The notes under the pieces are model-generated. The model searched no databases, was not told where the DNA came from, and saw only the letters and a list, made by a program, of their open reading frames with translations. 64,000 nt of DNA from an uncultured Clostridia bacterium (GTDB lineage: Bacteria > Bacillota > Clostridia > Christensenellales > Borkfalkiaceae). Positions 26,201 through 33,209 of this stretch are shown piece by piece (within the stretch, counting starts at the first letter, position 1; every line of letters begins with the position of its first letter). The DNA lies in contig CALVLH010000006.1 of the NCBI GenBank assembly GCA_944336975.1, positions 6,634 through 70,633 on the forward strand, read 5' to 3'. A program made the position numbers and the translations under genes.

Positions 26201-28873
26201 GTCCAGCTTTCTCTGCGTGAGCGTGCTGATCTTCTGGCGGTAAAATTCGAGGAAGAGCGCGAGATAGGCTTTGAGGTGACGGATCTCCGTGAGCACCACT
26301 TCGCACGAGCAGTACACGGTATCGCGCAGGCCTTGCGAATATTGGGTGAGGTTGACGTTCTCGAAGGGAGAATTGCAAACCCCGCCGCACTCCTTCGCCG
26401 CCGCCGCCGCGGAGAGGATCATGCTCTTGCACTCGGCGAGTCGCTGTTCGGTGAGCGTGTCGTAGAACGAACTCTCGATGTCGAGGATGTCGGGCGCCGA
26501 TTTGTTCTGAAGATAATACAGGATCGCCTGATACACGGAAATCCCGAGACGGCGCTTTTTGTGCAATGCGACAAGCGGCTCTTTGAGCTGTTCGCGCAGA
26601 CGGACGATCTCTTCCGCGCGTTCGGAGTACCCGTATTCCCCCTCTTCGCGTTTAAGTTCGAGGGTGTTCTCCATCCGACGGAGCACGTCCGCCTTATCCG
26701 CCTTGTTGGAATGCAGTTCGAGGCAGAAATCGCCGATCCCGAGCGTATCCAGGCGCTTTTTGACCACGTCGAGCGCGGCTTTCTTTTCCGCGACGAAGAG
26801 CACGCGCTTTCCGTCTTCGAGCGCGTTGGCGATGATGTTCGTGATCGTCTGGCTCTTGCCCGTCCCGGGAGGACCGTGCAAGACGAAGCTCGTTCCCGTC
26901 TGCGAAAGGGAGATCGCCGAAAACTGCGAGCTGTCCGCAGGCAGAGGCGTGAGCGTTTCGGTGGGATAGCTCTCGTCCTCTTCCGTCGCTTCCGCCGCCC
27001 TGTAATCGGCGCGGTTGCTCATCAGCGCCGAGACGAGGGCGTTCTTTTTCAACTCGGCGAAGTTCCTGCGCAGATCGTTCCACATCAGATAACGCTGGAA
27101 AGAGAAGGTGGCGAGATAGACGTCCCCGCACACGTCCCAGCCCTTCATGTTCGCCGTTTCCGCGCGTACCATGGCGAGGATCTCGGAGATCTTGAGAGCG
27201 GACACGTCGCCGCCCAGGCCGCGCACGTCGATGTTGAATTCCTGTTTGAGGAATTCGAGCAGCGTGGAGTTGACCGAATATTCCTTTTCCCCCGCGTCGA
27301 GCGCAAAGTCCTCGTTGCCCTTCGCGCGGCGGATGTTGACGGGCATGAGCACGAGCGGCGCATGCTTGGGCTGTCCGTCCTCTTTGCTGACGTATTTGAG
27401 GAAGCCGAAGGCGAGATAGAGGATCTTCGCCCCCGTCTCTTCGTCCGCTTCCTTGTTTTTCCGCATGAGACGCTGCGTCACTTCGCCCAACGTCTTGGCG
27501 TCGCAGAAGGCGCGCACGATGCCCTTCCCCTGTTCCAGTTCGATGAGCTCGCGTTCCAGCCCGAGCGCCCCCTCCGCGCCGAACGCGGGTTCGGGCAATT
27601 CGCGCGGCGCGCTGCCGCGGAGACGGACGGAATCTTCTTTGGCAAACACGCCGTACAGCGCGTCGGCGTTCGCCGAGCACAGATGAAGCGCGTTCCTGCC
27701 CGAAAAGTTAAGCAGTTGGTTTTTGGCGGTCATGTCCAGAAGACGGCGTTCCCACTGCTTGTTCTTAGGCTGTTTCCCCTCCAGGTTCAGCTTGCGGAAG
27801 CTGGGCAGAGGCGCGGGCGCGTTTTCGTCCGTCGCGTCCTCCTCTTTGATGAGTTCGTACCCGTGCAAGCCGCTCCCGCGCAGGGGAAGGGGCATGATGC
27901 GCCCGATCCTGCAACGGCGTATATCGACGAAATATTCGTAATAGCTCTCCTGCAATTTCTGCTTAAAATGCGTTTCGGAAGGCGTAAAGGCGATATTGCG
28001 CGCGCTGAACAGGTCGGATACGTCGAAAAAGCTGAGGTTGTTGATGCCGTCGGAAACATACTTCCCGACGATCTCGGCGTCGTCCGTGACGGTATCCAGA
28101 AAACAGCTGTCGTACAGCCAGACACCGACGGAAACGGCGTTTTTGCCCACCGCGATGACGGGATGCAGGCGGGCGGCTTCCAGACAAGCCGCGGCGAGCA
28201 CGGCGAGCTGCAATTCGTTCGCCTTGCCCTCTTTGAGGATGAGTTCTTTCCCCGCGGCGGCGGGAAGGGAGAGGTCGGTCTCCTCCGTCCGCTCGATCGC
28301 GCGGCTCTTCAATGCGGCGTACACCGCCGCGACGATCTGCCGTACCGTGTTTTTATCCGTACCCGCATATCCGTAAAATTCCGTATTCACCTTCCACTTT
28401 TTCAGCCTTGCGCCTGCGTCGGCGAGGATGTTCGCGCAGTCGGCAAGCTTGGGACGGACATAAGCGGCGAGAAATTCGGCATTGGATTCCAACCCGCCCC
28501 ACCAGTCATAGGGCAGGACGGAGACCTGCGCGCTCGCACGGCAGATCTCGGCGTCTTCGGCAAAGAGCATGACCTCCGCGGCGCACTCGCGCAGTTCGTC
28601 GTTTTCCGCGAGGAAAAGGGGCGAAAAAATGCCCTCGGCATTGAGTTCCACCGAGCTTTCGAAGGGCACCTCCGCCGTCGTCTCGTAAGGGACGAGAAGC
28701 CCGTCGGCATTCTCCGCTTTGACTTTTACGTTGACCGCTTCCGCTCCGTCGTTCTTGATCTGAATGGCGGCAAATGTCTTGTAGTAATAATCCGCATATC
28801 CGACGACTTTCGGAAATTGGACAAAAAGCGACAACTTATCTTTGAGTAAATTCTTTGCTTTCTGTGCAGCCAT
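23258..28873 (-). CDS. 1871-aa multidomain protein: unknown N-terminal region + DUF4011-like + Upf1-like SF1 helicase (AAA_11/AAA_12) with large insertion + PD-(D/E)XK-type nuclease-like module + DUF3320-like tail
   Basis: SD AAGGAG lies 5 nt before the ATG. WERRLLDMTAKNQLLNF (aa ~373-390, DUF4011-like). Walker A LHGPPGTGKSQ (aa 665-675, nt 26875-26852 for GPPGTGKS). Motif II VIFDEASQ (aa 1283-1290). VVGDPKQLPP, LWHYRSKHESLIAFSN, QGDERDVILFS, RRLNVAVSRAREEMLIFS. Nuclease-like GYDCRCDVGASDFKIDVAVVD...ILAVLCDG (aa ~1589-1624). Confidence 0.9.
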   Translation of the reverse strand: MAAQKAKNLLKDKLSLFVQFPKVVGYADYYYKTFAAIQIKNDGAEAVNVKVKAENADGLLVPYETTAEVPFESSVELNAEGIFSPLFLAENDELRECAAEVMLFAEDAEICRASAQVSVLPYDWWGGLESNAEFLAAYVRPKLADCANILADAGARLKKWKVNTEFYGYAGTDKNTVRQIVAAVYAALKSRAIERTEETDLSLPAAAGKELILKEGKANELQLAVLAAACLEAARLHPVIAVGKNAVSVGVWLYDSCFLDTVTDDAEIVGKYVSDGINNLSFFDVSDLFSARNIAFTPSETHFKQKLQESYYEYFVDIRRCRIGRIMPLPLRGSGLHGYELIKEEDATDENAPAPLPSFRKLNLEGKQPKNKQWERRLLDMTAKNQLLNFSGRNALHLCSANADALYGVFAKEDSVRLRGSAPRELPEPAFGAEGALGLERELIELEQGKGIVRAFCDAKTLGEVTQRLMRKNKEADEETGAKILYLAFGFLKYVSKEDGQPKHAPLVLMPVNIRRAKGNEDFALDAGEKEYSVNSTLLEFLKQEFNIDVRGLGGDVSALKISEILAMVRAETANMKGWDVCGDVYLATFSFQRYLMWNDLRRNFAELKKNALVSALMSNRADYRAAEATEEDESYPTETLTPLPADSSQFSAISLSQTGTSFVLHGPPGTGKSQTITNIIANALEDGKRVLFVAEKKAALDVVKKRLDTLGIGDFCLELHSNKADKADVLRRMENTLELKREEGEYGYSERAEEIVRLREQLKEPLVALHKKRRLGISVYQAILYYLQNKSAPDILDIESSFYDTLTEQRLAECKSMILSAAAAAKECGGVCNSPFENVNLTQYSQGLRDTVYCSCEVVLTEIRHLKAYLALFLEFYRQKISTLTQRKLDLLAVIAENLSSGMYQKYFSRVDEHEFYLFFNANKRLDDCLAYYFKYFRTLVEPGKDFAELKRFCEEGGDYRLCKAAVSAAKRLSRAAINKPDEEDIPKFLQTLVEIYEAIDRVRKNTALSANFCDRAGNVNFKRRSEFLADLYRLHEMCSSVFMDYNPDAFNGMCIRAANGYTAPVLDGYRKASASFAAAQGHFLTVTNADRDQIREEDVLDYYSSKASALLDNIDMLPNWCMYRATAEQLGKAGLTFISDALESGRLRGENILSGFEKNVYKNFLEINIPADPCLSRMTVGTLEDTIEKFRLEWEEFSRLSRDKIRADLISRLPAADAEGSLSVEVSAFTRLSKSNLRGVGLRGLFEEIPELVRRVAPCMLMSPITVAQYLQPVADQFDLVIFDEASQMSTAEAIGSIARAKSAIVVGDPKQLPPTSFFHSAYVDEENLENEDLESILDDCLALGMPERHLLWHYRSKHESLIAFSNIMYYDNKLCTFPSPDSLESKVKFIQVDGTYDRGFTKRNRKEAEALVAEVIRRLSDPALARSSMGVVTFSSAQRDDIDKLLSRAIAARHLESAAYEREEPLFVKNLENVQGDERDVILFSVCYGPDQTGRVSLNFGPLNQTGGWRRLNVAVSRAREEMLIFSTMTSAMIDLGKTSSKGVAGLKAFLEFAEKGRTTLAVNSAFVKGGAGIGKFIAAELTGCGYDCRCDVGASDFKIDVAVVDPKNKHRFILAVLCDGTTQFSVKDRNVLQVQTLKRGNWNIMRVYAVNYYNNPKREIKRIKEMLDRLTGADKKAGAWLNKYRRPYRAVKETGAETAVFVTGGENDAAIMARLKEIVATEEPISRAFLKKRCLATFGIAKSGAKVESRLDSLIDACAFRRERVFGDDYFYKNDRALSLDRFRVENAPVLRKTEEDFTPFEIVSFVRGALEDRVALYMDEVMVILCNIFHVIRPGEKFTSFVRDCISLGEDKGLFVRSVSDRISLA

Positions 28874-28886
28874 GGTTCTCCTTTTT

Positions 28887-28911
28887 CCGCCCTGCGCACG
28901 GCGCAGGGCGG
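28887..28911 (-). promoter_or_regulatory. perfect 11-bp GC hairpin in the 5' UTR of the helicase-nuclease gene
   Basis: CCGCCCTGCGC-acg-GCGCAGGGCGG. On the minus strand it ends 5 nt before the AAAAAGGAG SD. No U-tract follows, so it is not a terminator. Confidence 0.5.
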
Positions 28912-28927
28912 GATTCCGTTCCTGTCT

Positions 28928-28956
28928 ATTATACCATATTTTTCTGTCCTTGGCAA
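28928..28956 (-). promoter_or_regulatory. sigma-A promoter candidate for the helicase-nuclease gene
   Basis: Minus strand: TTGCCA (28956-28951), 17-nt spacer ending in TGg, TATAAT (28933-28928). Confidence 0.55.
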
Positions 28957-29021
28957 CCGTTGAGAGAAGGCGCCGCTCTTCTTTTCAAAGAAGAGCGCGA
29001 CGGAGATTATTCCCTTCCGCG

Positions 29022-29052
29022 CAAAAAAACATCCGCGCCCGGGCGCGGATGT
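29022..29052 (-). terminator. rho-independent terminator after yraN
   Basis: Minus strand: ACATCCGCGCC-cg-GGCGCGGATGT followed by TTTTTTT (29029-23), 14 nt after the yraN stop. Confidence 0.75.
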
Positions 29053-29065
29053 CCTCCGTATTTTG

Positions 29066-29422
29066 TCAGAATGCGTTTTCGATGTATTCCAGCCCCTGCT
29101 CCGTCAGTGCGGCGACGTCGAAGCGGACGGGAAGCTCCTCCCCTTTCGAAAGGCAGAAATACTGCGCGATCGCGCGGTAGCGCTTTCTCTTCGCCGCCGT
29201 CACCCCCTCGCCGGGGGAGCCGTATTCGTCGGAAGAGCGCGTCTTCACCTCGACGAAGGCGTAGATCCCGCCGCGCAGCGCGACGATGTCCGCTTCCCCG
29301 AACGGCGTCTTGTAATTGCGTTCGAGGATGCGGTATCCCTCTCGTTTCAGGTATCGGCAGACGGCGTTTTCTCCCCGCCTGCCCAGAATTTTTGCGCGAA
29401 GGTCTTGCGATGGATCTCGCAT
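29066..29422 (-). CDS. yraN: YraN-family (UPF0102) endonuclease-like protein
   Basis: 118 aa. LGRRGENAVCRYLKREGYRILERNY....GEADIVA....YAFVEVKTR is the typical UPF0102 core. The only ATG/GTG/TTG start in frame (29422) overlaps rnhB by 76 nt, so the start is uncertain. Confidence 0.8.
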   Translation of the reverse strand: MRDPSQDLRAKILGRRGENAVCRYLKREGYRILERNYKTPFGEADIVALRGGIYAFVEVKTRSSDEYGSPGEGVTAAKRKRYRAIAQYFCLSKGEELPVRFDVAALTEQGLEYIENAF

Positions 29423-29982
29423 AATCCGTACTCCCCGATGGCGCGGATGTGCTCCGCCGTCCCGTATCCCGCATTGCGCTCGAAGCCGTATTGCGGGTAT
29501 CTTTCCGCATAGCGGCGCATCAGCCCGTCCCGATACACCTTGGCGAGGATGCTCGCCGCGCCGATGGAACACACGAGCGTGTCGCCCTTGACGATGCTCT
29601 GCTGCGGAACGGCGATGTCCAGCGTCATGTTTCCGTCGGTGAGGACCATGTCCGGGGTTGCGGACAAGCCCTCCACCGCGCGTTTCATGCACAGCCGCGT
29701 CGCCTGTAAGATGTTGATCTCGTCTATGGTCCCCGCGTCCGCTTCCGCGATCGACCATGCCCGCGCCCTTTCGCGGATGAGCGCGGCGAGCGCTTCCCGC
29801 TTTTTGGGCGAAAGTTTCTTGCTGTCGTTTATGCCGAGGATGCGATCCTCTTCCCGTACGGATAGGATGACCGCCGCGCACACGACGGGTCCCGCGAGCG
29901 GTCCCCGCCCCACTTCGTCCACGCCCGCGACGGCGGCATATCCCGCGGACAAGAGTTCTCTTTCGTAATCGAGTGCGTCCAT
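29347..29982 (-). CDS. rnhB: ribonuclease HII
   Basis: 211 aa. VAGVDEVGRGPLAGPVV, NDSKKLS, ILAKVYRD. Confidence 0.95.
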   Translation of the reverse strand: MDALDYERELLSAGYAAVAGVDEVGRGPLAGPVVCAAVILSVREEDRILGINDSKKLSPKKREALAALIRERARAWSIAEADAGTIDEINILQATRLCMKRAVEGLSATPDMVLTDGNMTLDIAVPQQSIVKGDTLVCSIGAASILAKVYRDGLMRRYAERYPQYGFERNAGYGTAEHIRAIGEYGLCEIHRKTFAQKFWAGGEKTPSADT

Positions 29983-29983
29983 T

Positions 29984-30445
29984 TTATTCCCAGCGCTCCG
30001 CCACGGTCAGCGCGAGCGCCGCCGCGAGCACGTCTTCGCGATCGTCTTCCGCGTCGACGACGAGAATGTTTTTCTTGCGGAACACCGCCGCGAGCACCTC
30101 TTTCCCTTCGTAAATGCGAAAGCTCGTCGCCCCCGCGATCTTCCCCACCGTCTTCCAGCCGTTGGAAAAGAGATATTCTCGTTTCCCGCGCCGCGAGACA
30201 ATGCGGCACACCTTTCCGTCCTCCGTCACGAGCGAGATCTTGCGCGCGAGCGAGAATTTTTTCACGCGAACGGAGACCGTTTCCGTCTTTTCATCCGCGC
30301 GATAAAGCCCGTAACGGAAACGGAAGAACGTAGAATGATTTTTGAGGACGTATAAGCGGTTCCCGCCCACGCCGAGCACTTCGATCATGCTGGAAAACGC
30401 CGTCTTCAACTGCGTGGAAAAGTTTTCGTCGACAAAATATCTCAT
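29984..30445 (-). CDS. hypothetical protein (153 aa), possibly tubby-C-terminal-like (LURP-one-related / YxjI-type)
   Basis: The ATG overlaps the ylqF stop (ATGA) and the stop lies 1 nt before the rnhB ATG. A beta-rich sequence ends in DAEDDREDVLAAALALTV, loosely like the YxjI/LOR family C-termini I recall. Weak assignment. Confidence 0.55.
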   Translation of the reverse strand: MRYFVDENFSTQLKTAFSSMIEVLGVGGNRLYVLKNHSTFFRFRYGLYRADEKTETVSVRVKKFSLARKISLVTEDGKVCRIVSRRGKREYLFSNGWKTVGKIAGATSFRIYEGKEVLAAVFRKKNILVVDAEDDREDVLAAALALTVAERWE

Positions 30446-31302
30446 GCGAGCCCCGCCTCCTTTGCGTCGGCGACGGTATCGAGACACACGCGCCCGATCC
30501 GCCCCTTTCTGAAATCGTCGATGAGCGCCAGTGCGCCCCGTTCGTAATCCGCTTCGCCGCCGCGCACGATCAGACCGCGCCTGCGGCATACCCCTTCGAG
30601 CATGGCGAGCTTATCGTCGAACTGCGTTAGAGCGTAACGCTCCCGCAACAGATCGGGATATTTTTCGCCCAGCTCCCCGAGCAATTCAAGCGCGATCTCG
30701 TCCTTTTCGAGGATGTCGTCGTTCACGCTCCCGATAAACGCAAGCCGCCGCGCGAGCCTCTGATCGTCGAAGGACGGAGGCATGGTGCCGGGAGTATCCA
30801 TGAGATCGAACGCCCCGCAATGCACCCACTGCTTACCGCGCGTGACGCCTGCCTTATCCCCCGTGACGGCTCTCTTCGAGCCGCTCAAAAGGTTGATGAC
30901 CGTGCTTTTGCCTGTATTGGGGACGCCCGCGACGAGAAAACGCATCGCCCTGCGGTTGCCTTTTTCCGCTTCCCGCTCCGCTTTTTGCGCCACGGTCGCC
31001 TGCATGGCGGCAACGAGTGCGCGGGAAGAACCGCCCGACGTCGCGGATACGCACACCGCCCTGCCGCCCGAAGCCGCGATCGCCGCGCGGATGCGTTCCG
31101 CGCCCGCGTCGGACAGATCGGATTTGTTGAGGATCCACAAGAGGGGCTTGTTTCCCGCCATATCGCGCAGGCGGCGGTTATACGTCGCCGCAGGCGCGCG
31201 CGCGTCGAGGACGAACGCCACCGCGTCGACCAGGGAAAGATTTTCTTCCATCATGCGCATCGCTTTCGCCATATGCCCCGGGAACCATTGTATCGTCTTC
31301 AA
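30442..31302 (-). CDS. rbgA: ribosome biogenesis GTPase A (YlqF/RbgA)
   Basis: 286 aa. IQWFPGHMAKA, circularly permuted GTPase motifs (NKSDL ... GVPNTGKST ... DTPG). TTG start preceded by a G-rich SD. Confidence 0.92.
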   Translation of the reverse strand: MKTIQWFPGHMAKAMRMMEENLSLVDAVAFVLDARAPAATYNRRLRDMAGNKPLLWILNKSDLSDAGAERIRAAIAASGGRAVCVSATSGGSSRALVAAMQATVAQKAEREAEKGNRRAMRFLVAGVPNTGKSTVINLLSGSKRAVTGDKAGVTRGKQWVHCGAFDLMDTPGTMPPSFDDQRLARRLAFIGSVNDDILEKDEIALELLGELGEKYPDLLRERYALTQFDDKLAMLEGVCRRRGLIVRGGEADYERGALALIDDFRKGRIGRVCLDTVADAKEAGLA

Positions 31303-31323
31303 CGACTCACCCCCCCTTTTTTA

Positions 31324-31350
31324 GGAAAAACGCCGCGAAAAATCGCGGCG
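31324..31350 (-). terminator. rho-independent terminator after trmD
   Basis: Minus strand: CGCCGCGA-tttt-TCGCGGCG followed by TTTTTCC, 3 nt after the trmD stop. Confidence 0.7.
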
Positions 31351-31353
31351 CGA

Positions 31354-32019
31354 TCAGGAAAGCAGGTCGGGCCTCATCTTTTTTGTGGTAAGTTCCGCCT
31401 GCTCCCTGCGCCATTTGTCGATCTCCGCGTGATTTCCGCTGCGCAGGACGTCGGGAACGCGGAGCCCGCGATATTCCACGGGCCTCGTATATTGAGGATA
31501 TTCGAGCAGATTCTCCGAAAAGCTCTCCTGCACCAGCGATTCGGGGGAAAGCACCCCGTCCACATAGCGGGAAACGCAGTCGGCGACGACCATTGCGGGC
31601 AGTTCCCCGCCCGTCAGGACATAGTCCCCGATGGAGAGCTCCTCGTCGATGAACAGATCGATCGCCCGCTGATCCACGCCTTCGTAATGCCCGCACAACA
31701 GCACGAGATGTTCGTATTCCAGCAATTCGTACACCTTCTGCTGACGGAAGACCTCGCCTTTGGGCGAAAGATAGATCCTGCGCGCCTTATGCTCGGGATC
31801 CACCGCCTCGATCGCGCTGCCGACGGGCTGAGCCATCATGACCATGCCCGCGCCGCCGCCGAAGGGATAGTCGTCGCATTTGAGGTGCTTATCCTCGGTA
31901 TAATCGCGGATGTTCACCACGTCGATCTGCAATTTGCCTTCTTTCTGCGCCCGCCCGAGGATGCTCGCCTGCAATGCGGAAAACATCTCGGGAAACAGCG
32001 TCAAAATCGTGATCTTCAT
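31354..32019 (-). CDS. trmD: tRNA (guanine37-N1)-methyltransferase
   Basis: 221 aa. ILTLFPEMF, DDYPFGGGAGMVM, LLCGHYEGVDQR, SIGDYVLTGGELPAM. Confidence 0.97.
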   Translation of the reverse strand: MKITILTLFPEMFSALQASILGRAQKEGKLQIDVVNIRDYTEDKHLKCDDYPFGGGAGMVMMAQPVGSAIEAVDPEHKARRIYLSPKGEVFRQQKVYELLEYEHLVLLCGHYEGVDQRAIDLFIDEELSIGDYVLTGGELPAMVVADCVSRYVDGVLSPESLVQESFSENLLEYPQYTRPVEYRGLRVPDVLRSGNHAEIDKWRREQAELTTKKMRPDLLS

Positions 32020-32031
32020 AAGCCCCTCCGC

Positions 32032-32538
32032 TCAGTCGGGGAATACCGCGACTTCTCCGAACCGCTTTTTATCCACCGTGACGCGCTTGTTTTCGACGTC
32101 CACCGCCAACACGACGCCCTTCGCCGCGGGGAAGAGGATCTCCTTCCCGCCCGCGATCAGGGTGTAGATGTCCGTCGCCGCCTGACGGATGTCGGCGAGC
32201 TCGCCCAGCTTTTCCCCCGTCTCCGTGACGATCTCGCTCCCCAAAAGATCGACGATGTAGTACGTCCCCTCTTCGGGTTCGGGCGCGTCCTCGCGCCGCA
32301 CGACGATCTTTTTGCCGCGCAGAAGTTCCGCCGCGTTGCGGTCGGGCACGCCGCGCAAGCCCAGATATACCGCCCCGTCGCCCACGCGCACGGAGAGCAC
32401 GCGGTATTCTTCCCCGTCCAGGTACACGCGCTTAAAGGCGCGGAAATCCTCCGCGCTGTCCGTGAACGCGCGCACTTTGAGTTCGCCGCGGATGCCCTGC
32501 GGCTTTAAGATTTCTCCGACGATGAGTTCGCTTTGCAT
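32032..32538 (-). CDS. rimM: 16S rRNA processing protein RimM
   Basis: 168 aa. VGEILKPQGIRGELKV N-terminus and PRC-barrel C-terminus. Upstream of trmD. Confidence 0.9.
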   Translation of the reverse strand: MQSELIVGEILKPQGIRGELKVRAFTDSAEDFRAFKRVYLDGEEYRVLSVRVGDGAVYLGLRGVPDRNAAELLRGKKIVVRREDAPEPEEGTYYIVDLLGSEIVTETGEKLGELADIRQAATDIYTLIAGGKEILFPAAKGVVLAVDVENKRVTVDKKRFGEVAVFPD

Positions 32539-33167
32539 CAGAATCCGTATAATTCGTCCGCCGCCCTGCGGACCCCTTTCTGCGTTTCCGCCTTTTCCGT
32601 CTCGCTCTTCACGACGACGACGTGCTCCTCTTCCCCGAAACGGCGGAAGAGTTCGAAATAATTCTCGCGCAGTTTGCGCTGAAATTCCAGCTTTTCATAG
32701 CGTTCTCTGTCCCCGCGCCGCTCCACGCGCGTCATCCCCTCTTCGGGCAACACGTCCAAAAAGACGGTGAGGTCGGGGCGGAGCGCATCCCGCGCCTGAG
32801 CATTGAGCGCGATCACCCATTCGGTGGGCACCAGCCCGCCGTTGTAGGCAAACGACGAGAGATAATACCGATCGCACAGCACGCTGACGCCTTCGTCCAG
32901 CTTCTTTTTGATCCCGTTGACCTCGTTGAAGATATGATCCAAACGATCGGCGGCGAACAGCGCCGCGATGGCGCGCTCGTCCGTCTGCACCCTGCCCGTC
33001 ATGCAGGTATGCACGAGACTGCCGAACGGGGAATCGGTCGGCTCGCGCGTCTGATAACAGCAGATCCCCTTTTCGGAGAGATATGCGGAGAGCATCTTGA
33101 TCTGCGTGCTCTTGCCGCTCCCGTCGATGCCCTCGAATACGATAAATTTTCCTCTTTCTTTCATCAC
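32538..33167 (-). CDS. tmk: thymidylate kinase
   Basis: 209 aa. KFIVFEGIDGSGKSTQ P-loop, DRY-like CDRYYLSS. The stop overlaps the rimM start by 1 nt. Confidence 0.93.
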   Translation of the reverse strand: MMKERGKFIVFEGIDGSGKSTQIKMLSAYLSEKGICCYQTREPTDSPFGSLVHTCMTGRVQTDERAIAALFAADRLDHIFNEVNGIKKKLDEGVSVLCDRYYLSSFAYNGGLVPTEWVIALNAQARDALRPDLTVFLDVLPEEGMTRVERRGDRERYEKLEFQRKLRENYFELFRRFGEEEHVVVVKSETEKAETQKGVRRAADELYGF

Positions 33168-33209
33168 CCGTATATTTTAGCAGAAACGCGCCTGTTTGTC
33201 AATGCGCGT

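Noticed and set aside
22991-28849. 1952-aa plus-strand ORF, the longest in the window, antisense to the helicase-nuclease gene
   Set aside because: Its translation is low-complexity (Arg/Ala/Gly/Asp/Glu/His/Leu-rich) with no recognisable motif. The minus-strand product carries a complete, ordered set of SF1 helicase motifs and an SD-ATG start. The ORF is in codon register with the sense gene, so it is explained by the absence of TTA/CTA/TCA codons.
23258-29065. Helicase-nuclease region as a mobile genomic island or prophage remnant
   Set aside because: There is no integrase, transposase, tRNA target or flanking direct repeats. Composition and codon bias look the same as the flanking genes, and the gene is tightly joined to comEC. 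I therefore describe it as an accessory-looking insertion, not as a mobile element.
29347-29422. 76-nt overlap between rnhB and yraN as a possible frameshift or fusion
   Set aside because: Both reading frames give full-length, family-typical proteins. The overlap probably reflects either a genuine overlap or an unusual (non-ATG/GTG/TTG) yraN start further downstream, and I cannot distinguish the two from sequence alone.
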